This document shows, one piece after another, positions 10,811-26,057 of a stretch of DNA of 64,000 nucleotides. Positions within the stretch are counted from its first letter, which is position 1; every line of letters starts with the position of its first letter. Source of the DNA: Phoronis australis (lineage: Eukaryota; Animalia; Phoronida); assembly GCA_002633005.1 (NCBI GenBank), contig NMRA01000243.1, positions 76,783 through 140,782 of the forward strand, read 5' to 3'. The notes beneath the pieces were generated by a model. The model searched no databases, was not told where the DNA came from, and saw only the letters and a program-made list of their open reading frames with translations. Position numbers and translations under genes: made by a program.

Positions 10811-13543
10811 AGGATCTCATAAAGGTATTTGAAAATGATCTGTTATGGTTATGCACGTCGAGTTCTGATTACCCTCGGACACAGCGCCACCTATACTGAA
10901 AAGTGACCCTGTGAAAACATGATGAACGACACACCGACTTCCGTGTGTGTGGGTATCAATGCGCATGCTTGGTCGGAAGTTTATCGATCACGTCGTCACC
11001 ACTTGCACACGCCTTCTATGCACTGTACTTGTTTGGACTTAGCTACGGGATCGGGGTTCCCTTGGTTTTGTTTACTTCGATTACTTTTCGTTTTAATAAA
11101 TTGCAACTATTCAAGTCAAATGTGGTCGCCACGGCATACTACGTAACAGTAAACTGAAAGGGGTTTCCCAGATTTCAACCAATGGAAATGACGTCGGTTT
11201 CATTACTTTAACCAATGAGAAGCCATGATAAACAACATTTCACAGTGCTACCTTTCGTAGCACTGTGAAAGAGTGTAAGTTCTGATGATACAGTGCTGAT
11301 GTCATGTGAATCTATCGGAACGATACATACTGGTTCCTAGGATATACAAAACGCCGATGAACGAGAAACCCGTTTGCTTTTTCTTTCAAAAAATTCAAAT
11401 ATATGCATAGTATCTGTACATGGTAATAAACCAAGTAAACAGGGCGCTGAGCACTATAAACATAAAAATTGTCTGCTGGATAAGTTTGATCGTTGCATGA
11501 CGTCAAGAAGACAACATTGTTCAACAATAGCCACGTGGCACGGTGTCAAGCCAGTCAGTCGCTAAACCATCCGTAGACTGACTTCAGCTAAATCCCAAAA
11601 CGACAAAAGATTGTTCAAGAAACAAGCCCCAGAACTTTTCAAAACTAACTTTGAGGAATCTTGGAACAACGAACAGCAACAGCCGAGTTTCGAGTGAAAT
11701 TGTTTGCGGGTATTCATACTTCCGAGTAGTTTGTGAACTTAATAGAATACCCCGCATACTGTTTAGATACTTAACATTTTCTGAAACTTTGTTGCCCTAA
11801 AAATTAGCGCGTATTTTTCAAAACTCTTTACCTCGTTTCATTCATTTGTATATAGTACACTGTCTTGTTTTTTGTCTGTTACACTTATTCTGTTTTCTCA
11901 GAAAGACGCAGTTTGATAAAGCCAGGACAAAACCAACAACGCATCACACATGTTCGTTTCTGATCTGTTAACTGACAAGAGGATTTGTCAGATAATCGTC
12001 ATGCTAACAATAGAAGAGAAACGGTCCAGCTAAATGACTCTGAGTGCCCGAATCAGACCAAATTAACACTGTCTATTATGGCAGCTTCGTACTTTCTGAG
12101 GCATTAGCAGAGTTCAGCCAAATCACCGACATATGGCGTCCTATTGTTATCCAATCACCCGCATAAATGCAATCGTAGCCTCGAGGTTCACGCTGTGAAA
12201 AGAAATTTAATTTACATTTTTTTTTATTCTTTATCTTTCCTCGTGACTGGTTCGATGACTACAAACAAAACAGTTGCGTTTGTGTTGCTTTGTATAGGCT
12301 TGAGCTTAATGTAATTGTATTTCATATTTTAAAAATATTTCTGAAAATGATAAAATAGCTCATGAAATCTAACCTAAGCACAAATGAAGGTTTAGTACTT
12401 TAGTACACGTGGGTAGACGCGGACACCTTTGCCATTGAAACAAAGCAGGTTATATTTGATTTATGGTATATTAGTTTTGACTGTCATCAAAATATTCGCA
12501 ACCAAGCAGATACGAAATTCTTCCTTAATCGAAAAAATAAAGGATTTATTTCCGATCGGTTTCGGGGAACGTCTAGGATAAATTCGAAAAGTCAAAGATG
12601 TACATTCGCAATGTTCTGCTATTTTCAAAAAGCATAACTCAAAATTCTGATACGTTTTTCAAAATTTATGATTTTCCTTCTTCGTTACGACTGAAACAAT
12701 AAATGCGTCGCAGTTGAGTTTATCGTCATAGGAAACAGTGCTTATGTGAGTCAGTATGTTTTAATGACATAAAAATACACGGTATGAAACTAAGCGAGCG
12801 AATCACACGCCTTACTTATCACATCAGTTTTTCTGTCACTTCAATTTCTTATGAACAATCTATTCAAAAGCCAGATGCGTGAATGAAAAGTCTAGTCACA
12901 TAAGACTGAGTCTGACACATCAAACAATTTAACCAATAAGACGGATTACTTATCCCTGCTATAATCAAATTTTGGGTTTAATATGATTGGTTGTCGTTAC
13001 CCATCAACAAACCGGGGGTGAATAATGTGACGTCAATAATCAGTTCAACTACAACATACTACGTAATGCAACACAGAGACAATGATACGCAACTCGCTGT
13101 ATCATAAGTTGTTCAGTAGGTAGAATTTGCACATTCATCTGATTAGTCATTCATGTTAGGAAGGAATAAGCATCAAAACTTACAATAAAAAACATAAATT
13201 TTCGTCACAGGCGTAATGTGTCTATGCAAAGCACTTTCATCGTGTTCTTGACCTTTATTTGACTTAAAATAGGTTTCAATTAATAACCTTCTCAAAATGT
13301 TGGCAGTTTCTTTTATTTGTACGTCACACAGCAATTTTATTGTACCGTGAATATTTCAGTAATTTCGGTTTCTCCGTTGTTGTTAAAATTAAATAATTCA
13401 ATGTCACTTTATATAAAATTAACGACTGTCGGAAAAAGGCACAAATTTATTTCCAAAATATCACCATATGAATTCATGTTCCTATACTACTGTAGTCTAT
13501 CCTAACCCTTTGGACCGTTAGCCGCCACTTACAGGAGTCCGCT

Positions 13544-13666
13544 GTGACGTCACGTACTCCGCCATCTGGCACAAGAGATACAGGGGAATTCTAGCGGCAA
13601 ATTACAATGCCGTTTGCATACACTTAGCCAATTAAGTGCGTGATTAGGGAATACTTATTATAAAAA
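13544..13666 (+). promoter_or_regulatory. Proximal promoter of the bHLH gene
   Basis: CRE palindrome GTGACGTCAC 13544-13553, E-box CATCTG 13563-13568, CCAAT 13628-13632, and TATAAAA 13659-13665 about 120 bp upstream of the ATG. Confidence 0.55.
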
Positions 13667-13780
13667 GGCACTTCTTGTCAATTTGTAAATAGTTGTTAAC
13701 AAGTCGGTGACAAACGGAAAACGGAGACGTGGGTTGTGGGCAGTGGGACGGGCTGGTATACAGCATTCGAGTTTTCTGCA

Positions 13781-14437
13781 ATGGAAGATAAATATCTCTT
13801 AGAAATGATGCAGCGCAATTCTCACAAACATTTGGTGGAACAAAACAGGGTGTGCTTTCATTTTTCTCCAGGTGAACTCTCGAAACGTGACGCGGTTTCC
13901 GCAGGGGAAAAATCATCGTCTGCACGAAATGACGATGGCGCAGGAAGCGACTCGTGTAGCACTTCGTCTGGAAAGAACGAAACTGGACATTTGGAAGAAA
14001 CGGAAGAGCTGTGCTTGAAGTCCAAAAACAAAGCATGCAAAAGGACAAAAGAATCCAGAAATCTGAGGTTGAGTATTAATGCCAGGGAACGAAGAAGAAT
14101 GCACGACCTAAATGATGCGCTTGATGATTTGCGCAGTGTTATACCGTATGCACACAGTCCATCCGTGAGAAAACTTTCGAAGATAGCCACAATGCTGTTG
14201 GCGAAAAACTATATTCTTATGCAAGCAAACGCACTTGACGAAATGAGAAGAATGTTACTGCTGTACCAACAGAGCAGTGGAAATCCGACAAATGCTTTTG
14301 GAGATAATTTTTCACTCAACACTCGCCAGTTTTTGTCTCAAGGCACAGAGAAATCTAAGATGTTTAGCACGGAACACCTTTTGTCTCGCTCCTTTACACC
14401 AAGTACGTCGCACACGGCAAAGGAGAACACAGAATGA
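13781..14437 (+). CDS. BHLHE22: Class E bHLH transcription factor BHLHE22/23 (Beta3/Bhlhb5, Olig-related), intronless, 218 aa
   Basis: [63 protein letters not shown] is the diagnostic Beta3/Oli bHLH domain. The first ATG downstream of the TATA box (gcaATGg, 13781) is in frame. An acceptor-like tract at 13855-13871 leaves an alternative 5' exon possible. Confidence 0.92.
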   Translation: MEDKYLLEMMQRNSHKHLVEQNRVCFHFSPGELSKRDAVSAGEKSSSARNDDGAGSDSCSTSSGKNETGHLEETEELCLKSKNKACKRTKESRNLRLSINARERRRMHDLNDALDDLRSVIPYAHSPSVRKLSKIATMLLAKNYILMQANALDEMRRMLLLYQQSSGNPTNAFGDNFSLNTRQFLSQGTEKSKMFSTEHLLSRSFTPSTSHTAKENTE

Positions 14438-15213
14438 TAATGAAGTTTTTACCTGTCCTAAAACGGCGATTCATGTTGGCAGGGAGTCGTATTCTGGAAA
14501 AAATGATACATGCATAATATAACGAAGTTTTTACAAATCGTGTCAGTTCTTAGTCTGACTGAGCAGAAGAAGCTGTGACAGAATTATTTATTTTACCGTA
14601 AATTCTGGAACGTTTTAAACGGAAGCAACTAGGAAAGAAAGAAAATCATCGACCGCTTTTGTCTGAGCTGAGTCGTTAACTTCACTCGGCCATTATTCAT
14701 TAATTAGGAAGCAAGCCACGTAACGGTTAAGAAAACAAATGGATCTATATCACTATTACTACTGACGTACAATCTTAACGATATTCTATTTCTCCGCGTC
14801 GTATTTATAGTAAAGTTTATTTTGTCAAATTTCCGAGCAAAACTGAATAATTAAGAAAATGGTACTGTGCAGTTACTGCAGTACTGTAGTTTGCATTACC
14901 ATATACGGGAGCATTTTGATTAAATTGAATGCCACCACCTTAATGCCTAATATTGCAATGGGTCAAAATCTCACCTAAACTTGTTTTGTGTATTGCACAG
15001 GCAATGTTCTTTGTTTTCGGTGGTGTTTTAAACTAGATGTTTTGGAGTCTTAAATATGTTCCGAGTGCTTTCATTAGTTCACCAAGACAACATTTAATCC
15101 TTGGCAAGCCATTTTATACCGCCACTCCGCGGTTTGGGTAACAGAATAGTGTCGCCTTCTGTCCCTCAAATGGTCCGAAATTCGAATATTCGACGTGCGA
15201 ATTAGAGGTACTG

Positions 15214-15459
15214 CGGCCTGTTCCAAGAAACTGACTAAGTTAGTTTTTCTCTTAAATCTAAAATTTGTCTCAGCTTCCAAACTTTAAAACTTCCACATCT
15301 GATAAGTTAGTCAAAATTAAAATAAAACTTAATCTTTTTATTAAGTTAAACTTAAGATCTCTCTCTTGAAACGGACTTGAGACAAATTTAGGTTATAACT
15401 TAAAATTAGCTAAAATTTAAGATTTGTCTCAGCTAATTTAGTTTGCTTGGAACAGGCTC
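15214..15459. mobile_element. Harbinger-like MITE
   Basis: GCCTGTTCCAAG-AAACT at the left end is inverted as AGTTTGCTTGGAACAGGC at the right end; AT-rich interior. Confidence 0.55.
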
Positions 15460-17261
15460 CGAGATCGATTTTGCTTGTCCTGTATCAGGATCGAAAACCG
15501 GCTCAAATGGACATATGGACAAAAATGTCGATTTCTTCAAGAACTTGAACACACTGCCTTATTTTGACACTTAGCTCCTGGGCCCAGCCTTTTTAGCAAC
15601 ATAGGTTTTGAAACCGATTCAATGGCTGAGACTCTAATATCTAACAACGATCCTTAGGCCTAACTGCTAGTTCCAGATCAACACTATCTGAATCCCCGGC
15701 GCGGTAAAAATTTCAGACCCACATCCCTAAATTACACGCACTCGCCTTAAACGATTCATGCCCGATGACCAAACCCCACAGCAGGGGACCAGATTCCTCA
15801 CCGGAAGCAGAAATCGGGGACTTGAGTTTCGTCAGTCCCCATGAAGTATGATTCATTCAGCGGGTACATAGCACACTAGGTACATGTGGGGAGTTTAGTA
15901 GGGGCGCGGGACATTAATTTGTATCTTCGGTTCGATGTTTGTTGGTCAGGGGATTGAGTTTGCGGAATCGACATTAAGAGGAATGGAAATGGAATCCTCT
16001 TCTCAGTCCTGCACTAAGCTATTGTAAAACGACGAAATTATAATTAAAGCAATTGATTTTATTTGAAAGTTTAAGTTTTACTGTATTCAGTTAAAATATG
16101 CATGTACAGTGCATGACCGAACTGAGTGTCGCAGTTTCCCCAGCTAAAGGTTCATCCAGAAATTTTTAGGCCGAAACCGGCTCACTGGCACATTGACGAC
16201 CAACGTCAGTGAACCAAAACGTGCTCAGGGATGCAAGATTTTGTAAGGATGCATAGCTGGACAGGTGTGACCAAAAGCTTGTAGGTTCTGACGTAGGTAA
16301 ATTTGTCAACGGGAACTCAGATGTAATGCAACGACTAAATGAAGAAACGTCTAGAATGAGTAGTCATGATAGCTTTGCAATGAACACTATGACGGGGGCA
16401 CTAGTTCTCCTTGTGTCCGCTGTCTACACAAGTGCTTGAAGGGGTGAACAGTTTTCAAATGACCTTTTCACTGAACCTACACACTCTACATCCTCATTGC
16501 CACCAAAGTGTAGTTTCTGAACACTGACATCATGTCACAAACCCAAAACCACCGTTGTCAAGTTCAGTCAGATTATGAATAACATTCTACTTTGTAAGAC
16601 TATTTCGTTCATTGAATTTCACTAGTATCAAAATTGCAAGATGGTGAATTGCCCGTCCTGCTCTTCGCCTCCCGGGGCGGATTCGACACTGGACGAATGT
16701 CGTAAATTTCACGCGCCGCAGACGCTTCTTGCCGCGAGACATTTCTGGAACAAAAAGCTATTCAGATTTTGGGGTTTCCAACTGAAGAATGCATTGGTTT
16801 CTATAGAGAGTACAAAACACGTTTTACTGATAAAATGCATAATTTGGCAAAATTACGTGTTTCAAAGGTACATCATAAACAATTTGGGATCATTTTGCTA
16901 ACGGTAAGTGGTGATCTAAACCAAAAAATATGACGAAAGACGGGTATAAACACACTTTAATTCCTTTAAAGTTAATTGCACACATTGTTAAAGCAACAAA
17001 AATCCGCCCTCTGTCAAAAAGTAGACTACTTGCCGTTACATTGTCTTTTACACAGATGAGAAGGGCTTTGTGCATGGGTTGGGGGGGGGGGNCAGCAAGT
17101 CATTTTTGCACGGAACATCACCTCGCGCATTAAGAGACTGTCACAATCCTCTTGAGGCCAGAAGTCACTTTTAGTCTAAGTTTAAACAAGATTTCTTGAG
17201 GTCAGTTTTATAGCAGCAAGTTGTGTTAAACCAAAAGTTATTTAGCTTTTGAGGCAGAACT

Positions 17262-17422
17262 CAGGGGCGGATCCAGGATTTTGAGTTGGGAGGGGGCAGT
17301 TTAGAGTATTAGCCAGGATTTTGTCTGTCAGACATTCGCACCCCCAAACTGCCAAATGGAATCTGGGAGAATTTTAGGGGGTGGGGGCATGGCCCCCTTG
17401 CCCCTTCCTAAATCTGCCACTG
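17262..17422. mobile_element. hAT-like MITE, copy 1, 5-bp TSD GAACT
   Basis: Termini CAGGGGCGGAT...ATCTGCCACTG with GAACT on both flanks (17257-17261, 17423-17427). Close second copy at 62237-62388. Confidence 0.8.
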
Positions 17423-19260
17423 GAACTGGACGACTGGTACACAGCAGCCATGATGAATGAAGACGCCACATTAAGTATATCGGTATATTTCTATCAATTA
17501 CAAACATATGCAGAAATGACAGCACCTACATAAAATAATTAAATAATTACAAAAGATGGCATTTACACAATGTACCCTCAACTTTACTTCAAAATTGCAA
17601 AGATCTCACAAGAGGATGAGATTAAAATTATGGAAGTCAATAATATCGAATACATGGTTGGTCCCAGTAATACCTTTCTTTTCAAATATAACCGCAGCTT
17701 AAAGTTCCTGCAGTACCCTGGGTAATGTCTTAACATCGTTTCTCAGAAATAGCTGATAGAATTCATATGAAAATTTCAGGCACTGTGTGCTTTACAAACT
17801 CTTCTGCAAAACGCTTTTAGGACTTGTTTTTTTTAAATGCTTCATTGTTGTATTTGGGACTATAAAAATGGACTTTTAAGATTTTCATGAAAAAATAAAC
17901 ACGAAATTATAATTGAGAAAACTATAACACCATTTTTAAGATTACAACTTCAGTTGAACGATTATATTGAATGAATTAGGTCATGTTACAGATACCATTA
18001 TTCTACTATCCATGTGTTGCTAAATTTTAATAAAAACCACATGATTAGGGGACACAATTAGTTTCAGACTGGTAAAAATTCAAAATCCGAATTCTACAAG
18101 CTTTCTAGTTTCAGAAAATATATACATTTAGTGGGTCAAAATTTATATTTCTGTCGTCTTTTCGCTAAACACACAGGCTTGCCAATAAGATCCTATGTAA
18201 CTTTAGCCATAAAAACTACCCGTTTCACAAAACTGTTCCAGTCAATTGAAGAGCAAAGCCAAATGTGCACTAAATTACAGTTTTCTTCTCCATTGCACTT
18301 GACAGACCTGGATAATAACTACTACTGAATTGCAACCAACCAATAAATATGGTGTGGGTGGGATTCTTTGTTAGAACCAGCCGCAGATTAACGACTGGAT
18401 TTTGGATGATATGCGGCATTGTGAAAAATCACAACAAAAGTCACCCTCATCACCCATCTTTTTCTCGCCATTTTTTCTGGAAGAATACCCTTTTCATCAT
18501 ACATTTTTGACAAGAAATGTATCTGTCACATGATTATGTAATTTAAATGTGACTGGCATATTTTTTGCTAAAATGGGAGCCTGATTGGTGACGTAATCTC
18601 GAAGGCCCAGAAGCGTCACATAATAGAACCCTTTCAATCTTCCATTCATCACAAATATCCAGCTAAATTCCTTCAATTTCCAACTTGAATAACGAGTATG
18701 ATGTCACAAGAAACTGATTAATGTTAGACCAGCCAAGATACAATAGATACAATTCACAAACACGTGGAGCCATCTATAGTTTATAAACAAAACTAGAGAG
18801 CAGTGTAATTTCTCCTATAGTTCACCTACCCTTCCATGTTTACTGTTAATTAACTTATGAATTCATGGAAAATAATCCTATTCACAAACTAAACCCCGTT
18901 GAATTTTGGCCTAATCCCCTCACTACTGGAAAGAAAGGAGCGACTAAACAACAGAATTCATACATTTACTTGACATGTATAATTTCTTCAATTGTTTTTT
19001 CTATTAAGTGTTATGCAGAGGATCCCTCTAAATTTACATGCATTCAATTTTAACTGGGACTTACCTGTTGTCTGTCATCAGGCACCTACTGAATATTTGA
19101 CCCTGTTTGCCAACTAGAGCCTGCTGATGTTTTACCCTGTCTCCTGTTTCGTGCCTGTGGCTGAATAATTGATCCTACTGCTAACTATAGAACCTTCTGA
19201 ATTTTTTACCCTGTCTGCAAATTCGTACAGGTGGCTGAAAGTTCGACCCTATTGGAAATG

Positions 19261-19356
19261 GTCTGATATAACATGCCCAAATTTTGAGAACCAGTTTTCT
19301 GTATGAATAAGGGGCATCAAACTGGTTCTCAAATTACGGGCACGTTATATCAGACT
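19261..19356. mobile_element. Short palindromic MITE
   Basis: GTCTGATATAACATGCCC..TTTGAGAACCAGTTT is inverted as AAACTGGTTCTCAAA..GGGCACGTTATATCAGAC. The core recurs at ~7248-7302. Confidence 0.6.
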
Positions 19357-20272
19357 ATATTGCTGCCCCTATTTACCAATGTGCCTGGTAATGTTTGATC
19401 CCACACTAAAAATTACCCAGTTTGGGACAGTCTCTAAAATTTTGTACACCGAAATTCGAGCCAAAATTGGAAGTTCTTCAATTTGAAGATGGGGACATGA
19501 GTTATTTCGGCGGTCAACATATTTCTTGAATGCCAGCCATTGCGTTTTGTACAAGACACACTCCCCCATTCAAATTTCACAGCATTCTTTGGAGGTAGAT
19601 CACTCTGTTAAGGTGTAGCGTACACAAGTCAAGCTGTCCCATTGTGTTGCTCTGGCAGGTTGCACAACAGGGGCTGGGACATATCAACAAAGAAACAGCA
19701 GTTACAAAAAGCATTCTAACTATTTTCTTCTACATAGTCAACCGATTTTTGCTGCTTAATAAATTAAGACTTTCAATTTTCAATTGCGAATTTAGTTATT
19801 ATGATCTAAAATGGTTGGGAAAGATTGTTGTCAAGAACAGGCAGCGTTTATCACTGACACCTGTCTTGGTTTCCCAGTATAATCCCCAAAGAAAAGAAGC
19901 CACTCATAAAAAGTGCAGACACTGTGATACATGCTAATTGTCGTCTTGTAAGAAGCATTCATAATTGCCAAACGGTCGACAAAAGTTTGAAAATTGAATC
20001 GGAAATTCATAAAATTGTGGAAAACAATTCATCATAATTCTTCAATTTCTAAAATTTGGTACAAGCTCCAACTTTGAGCAAAAACATTAACTTTTAACTG
20101 TCCCAAACTGGAGAATTTTTACCATATTTTCCAACTTGCTCGTACTGACAGTACGTGGTATGGTCACAAAATCTCATTTTCTACAATAATCAGCTTTTTT
20201 ATCTTGCATTACCAATATCAAAAGTGAACTGGCAGATGAAGCACCACAGATATTCATTATTTCAGTAACCCT

Positions 20273-22068
<1,796 letters not shown>

Positions 22069-23109
22069 CCTGACTTTAACCAGACTACATCATCACCTGC
22101 CAATCACAAAATGAAGATGTGCTACAGGTCCTTATTGACCCAAACATTGTGAGTGTGATATTTGTATCACATGGCCACTGAACAGCACGGAAATTATAAA
22201 TATTCGCACCAGAGAATTAAGTTTTCATACGTTTGTCAATATGCCAAGAATTGCAGGCTGACAGTTACCCCAAAATCCAACTGGTGCCTGGTGGTTTGGT
22301 AATTGGTCCAATTATGCCAAATTAATGAGGAACACAATATTGCAACACTAAAAGTCACATTTTTTGTCCAATTTTCAAAATTCAAAAACCCAATCATGCG
22401 TGCTTTTCACGAACTATGCTATTTATTTAAATGCTATTTACATACTTTCAAAACAAAAATTTAAAAATATTATTGTCACCCCAATGTGTTTATTTTTTAC
22501 TATTTTTTATACATTTACTGCTCAGACAATAGTACAAAGCCAGTCTGAAGTTGGGCGCCTCAGATCTGGCTTTAACAAAACTGTATATAATTAACCAATA
22601 AATGTATAAGGCAATAAAATGTAACTGAAACGGGGAAAGGTAAGCCAGGGAAGGACTTTTACGTTCCATTCATACACACACTCACGATGTACTGATTTGA
22701 TATCTGATGAAATTACGTGCTATATAAATACATACAAACATACATCCATATAAAAATAATAATAACAGTACAACTTCATTCATTGGTCATTCCTAGAATA
22801 CTAATTAAAAGCATGCGTGCAGACCTCTCCGTTTATCCACATCTGTGTCCAAGGTATCCGTTAAAATTGTGTTTATAAACGTTTGTAACTTCAACTTGAA
22901 ATTGTTAAAAAAGAGAGGCTTTTTCTACCATTGTTGTTTGATAAATGTATTTGTGATGGGTCTCATTATCTAGAAAACGATATCATCAGCAGCCTGAATG
23001 AGAAGAGGTTTTTTCACGGTCTCGGTGAAAGTATGTTGTAAGTGAAATCAACTTACTCGTGGACCTTTGAGTTGGAGTTCGAACGTTTCGAACTGTGCTC
23101 TACAGTTCT

Positions 23110-23232
23110 TTATCAACGGCTGGTTTTCTAGGAAGATCAAAGAGTCAATATATATAAAAACCAAAAAGCCTAGGATGAACCAGGACCAAGGTCTACAACT
23201 CCCACCGATATACGACGCTATATTACTTCCGG
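23110..23232 (+). mobile_element. Penelope-like element remnant (C-terminus of the GIY-YIG endonuclease), antisense within an ANKRD66 5' intron
   Basis: WFSRKIKESIYIKTKKPRMNQDQGLQLPPIYDAIL matches the Penelope endonuclease C-terminal pattern (R.IKEAIYI....P.LN.D.G..L...Y). Confidence 0.7.
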
Positions 23233-23499
23233 GTAACATAAGGACCGGAAATCAGGACGCCCCCGCAGCGGAGCTGGGACCGATTTGAGGTTTGCGCACT
23301 TTTGTTTCTCCCGGCATGATTTGGAAGTTTCCGCGGGTTTTGGTCATGAAACAAAATGTGTCAATTTCACCCTCAATAATCGACACATTTTAAAATGCGC
23401 ATTTTCACTATACCCTATATCGTGCGACTGTTGTCACCATAACCATGTGAGCCGTCCGATCAGTAGATCATCCGTTTGCCGACTAGGCCATTTGTAGTA

Positions 23500-23576
23500 A
23501 TAGCCAAGATTACCCAGCCTGGGAATCGAACCAGCCACCCCATAAAACCAGCGAGCATGCTAACCATTCAGCTAAT
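23500..23576 (-). mobile_element. tRNA-derived SINE head
   Basis: On the - strand: A-box TAGCTGAATGG and B-box GGTTCGATTCC; the anticodon arm is degenerate. Confidence 0.5.
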
Positions 23577-26057
23577 AGGCAATTACCCATTAGTGAGTGG
23601 CTAATGGTAACACAGAGGCTCATATGATTCACCGGAAGCACGTCTACAACACTATTGAAAAGTGTTGAAACAGAGTACCATATGTGGGTTATTGAATTGG
23701 ACCACTATTCTCAAATATTGTATCGTCACCTTAGACTATTGCCCAGTTCTACCAGAAGTTCCTGGAACTCTAAACCATGCCATGCAGACAAAATTAATGT
23801 CATCTCTGTTGGATTACTGTACAGCCACAGCCATACTAGCTATGCCTCACGGAGAGTACTTACAATGTACGTCCAATCTTTAACCTTGGGCTAAAACCTT
23901 AAACAACCAGTTTCCACCAAGGTCCAGATTTGACAGGCAAAATTCCCGGGCTTAGCGATGTATTTATGATGGTCAGCACAAGACCGTCTAGCCTCTAAGT
24001 CTAGGACAAGGACGAATAATGTTGACTCTATACATCTCGTTTACAATACAGTCGCATACAAATTTTGCGATTACTTGAATAAATCACATGTGACTTTAAT
24101 CACCCTGCCCATGGGGATGAAAAGGTACAACTAACACTCACATCAGGAGCCTCCGCAGGTAGTTGAACAACACGAAGCAATCTGTGGAGAAAATCCAGTT
24201 CGCTGTTGTCCGGGTAAACAGGAAGTTGTAAGATGTGCAAAGGTAACGACAATCTTATTTACGACATACGGAGTCGCCCAATGAGCTCAATGATCACCCA
24301 AGATCACTGAGCCTACGGTCTCTGGAGTCACCAGCCAGCCGTTCAGTAACGATCGGACCACATGGGCTGCGCAGCACTCAAAAAAGTTGGGGGGGGGGCT
24401 ATAGCCCCTGTGGTGCACTGCCCATAGCCCACTGGGCGGCACAGCAAACTTGGGCGGACCGGCCCGGGCTATAACCCCCAACCACCGCCCATGGAACGCT
24501 AAAAAGCAAGACTCCGTGAGATAACGTAAGACGCCTCACAAAGCCTTTCTCCAAGAAACCTGGTCGGAACGCAGGCGAGCATTCGGTTGGGTAATTTTTT
24601 ACCGACGTTGAAAAATGACCCGGTCTACCCGTGGCTGTTTTAAAATATGTGGTCTGAATTTATTGTGAGCATCGTGAAAAATTGGCCACGATTACTAAAG
24701 GTACATTTTTCATCAAGTGCCGACCGACAATTTAAAAATGAAGCGTACGTGCCGGTCAGCAACCTCCGTTGCCGAGACAGTCGGTGATGAGTTGACTGTG
24801 CTATCCTTGATTGTAAATATTCACTCTATTCATAAAGTGATCCGAAATTAGTTTGTTATTTTTCCTTTTTCACAAAAGGAGAAATAATTTTCACCTAGGT
24901 GAGAATGATATGTGGAAATACTTTACACCCACGCAAATAGGTGGAAGCCGCTTCTAACTGGCAGTTAGTCTTCCAACCCAGTACTAGTAGGTGAAAATAA
25001 TTTACATCCAGGTGAGAACTAGATTTCAAGTAGGTGGAAATTATTGCTAGTCATGCGTGCACACGGGGGAAGGAGTCGAGGGGCTCTTTTCTCGGGGGCT
25101 CAAGGAGCCCCCCCCCGTTCCGGCCATTTGGTGAAGTGGACACTGAAAAAGGCCCGCCTCCGGAGATCTAACAACGACAAAAGTAGGAGACAGATTTGCT
25201 CTAAAAGACAGGAACTACAAAAATTCGGCGAATGCACAATTCATAGCTCTGAACGTAACCCTCGTTCTCAAAAATTCCAGCCCCATTTGTATAGATTGGG
25301 TGAGCGCATGCTAGTGCGCACTTTCAATCAAGACCTTTAACCCTGAAACATTTCTGTCATTTACAATCAGCAGTTGCCCTCTCAATGATTTTGACTGCTT
25401 TACACGGCTTCAAGCAAATTTTCACACGGCTATGGGGGTCTTAATTGATTCGGTGCCGCACTTACACTGGGGTTTGTAATATTTGTGCGAAACGCCGGGT
25501 ATAATTTATTCTAAATTGAATGAAGCGAACTTAAAGTTGGTGACATTCAGCAAATGTTTGGCGCCTCGCAACAAAAATAGTATCTTTTATTTATTAGAGT
25601 GACATTACCCGACCCTAAGCCCGGGGCTATCGCCGTCGACGTGAGTCTTGACTCGGTGACGACCTGCATCTGGTTTGGTCGCAGCGTCTCCACCGTGCCA
25701 GTTTCCTAACCCTTAATATACTGTAGCATATACCGGTAGCTAGTATACACAACTCAACTCAATGGTGCAATTCGTCAGAAGGTCTTATTGTTGAGATCAC
25801 TTCTCAAGTACAGGCTCGTATGAAGACAAAACTTATTGGAGGGGGCGGGGGGGGGCACAAACCAAAGTTTCGACTTCGCCAAACTCAATACCCTTCCCCC
25901 ATCGCCACCAACTCCGCCACCCCCGCCCCCATGCTCCCGATGCCACCATATTTGTACTGAGTTTCCCACGGCTGCTAGCTAGGTGGGGGGACAATCCCGG
26001 ATATGCAGCAATCATGAGTTGTGAACCGTGAACCATGGAGAGTAAGAATAGGCCTAG

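Noticed and set aside
13644-14190. Antisense ORFs over the bHLH gene
   Set aside because: Shadow frames of the real coding sequence.
15952-15980. TGCGGAATCGACATTAAGAG resembles an internal stretch of U11 snRNA as I recall it
   Set aside because: No AAAAAGGGCTTCTG 5' end and no Sm site downstream; at most a tiny fragment or a chance match.
24361-24493. CATGGGC...GCCCATG MITE-like segment
   Set aside because: Only a 7-bp TIR, no TSD, and no second copy in the window.
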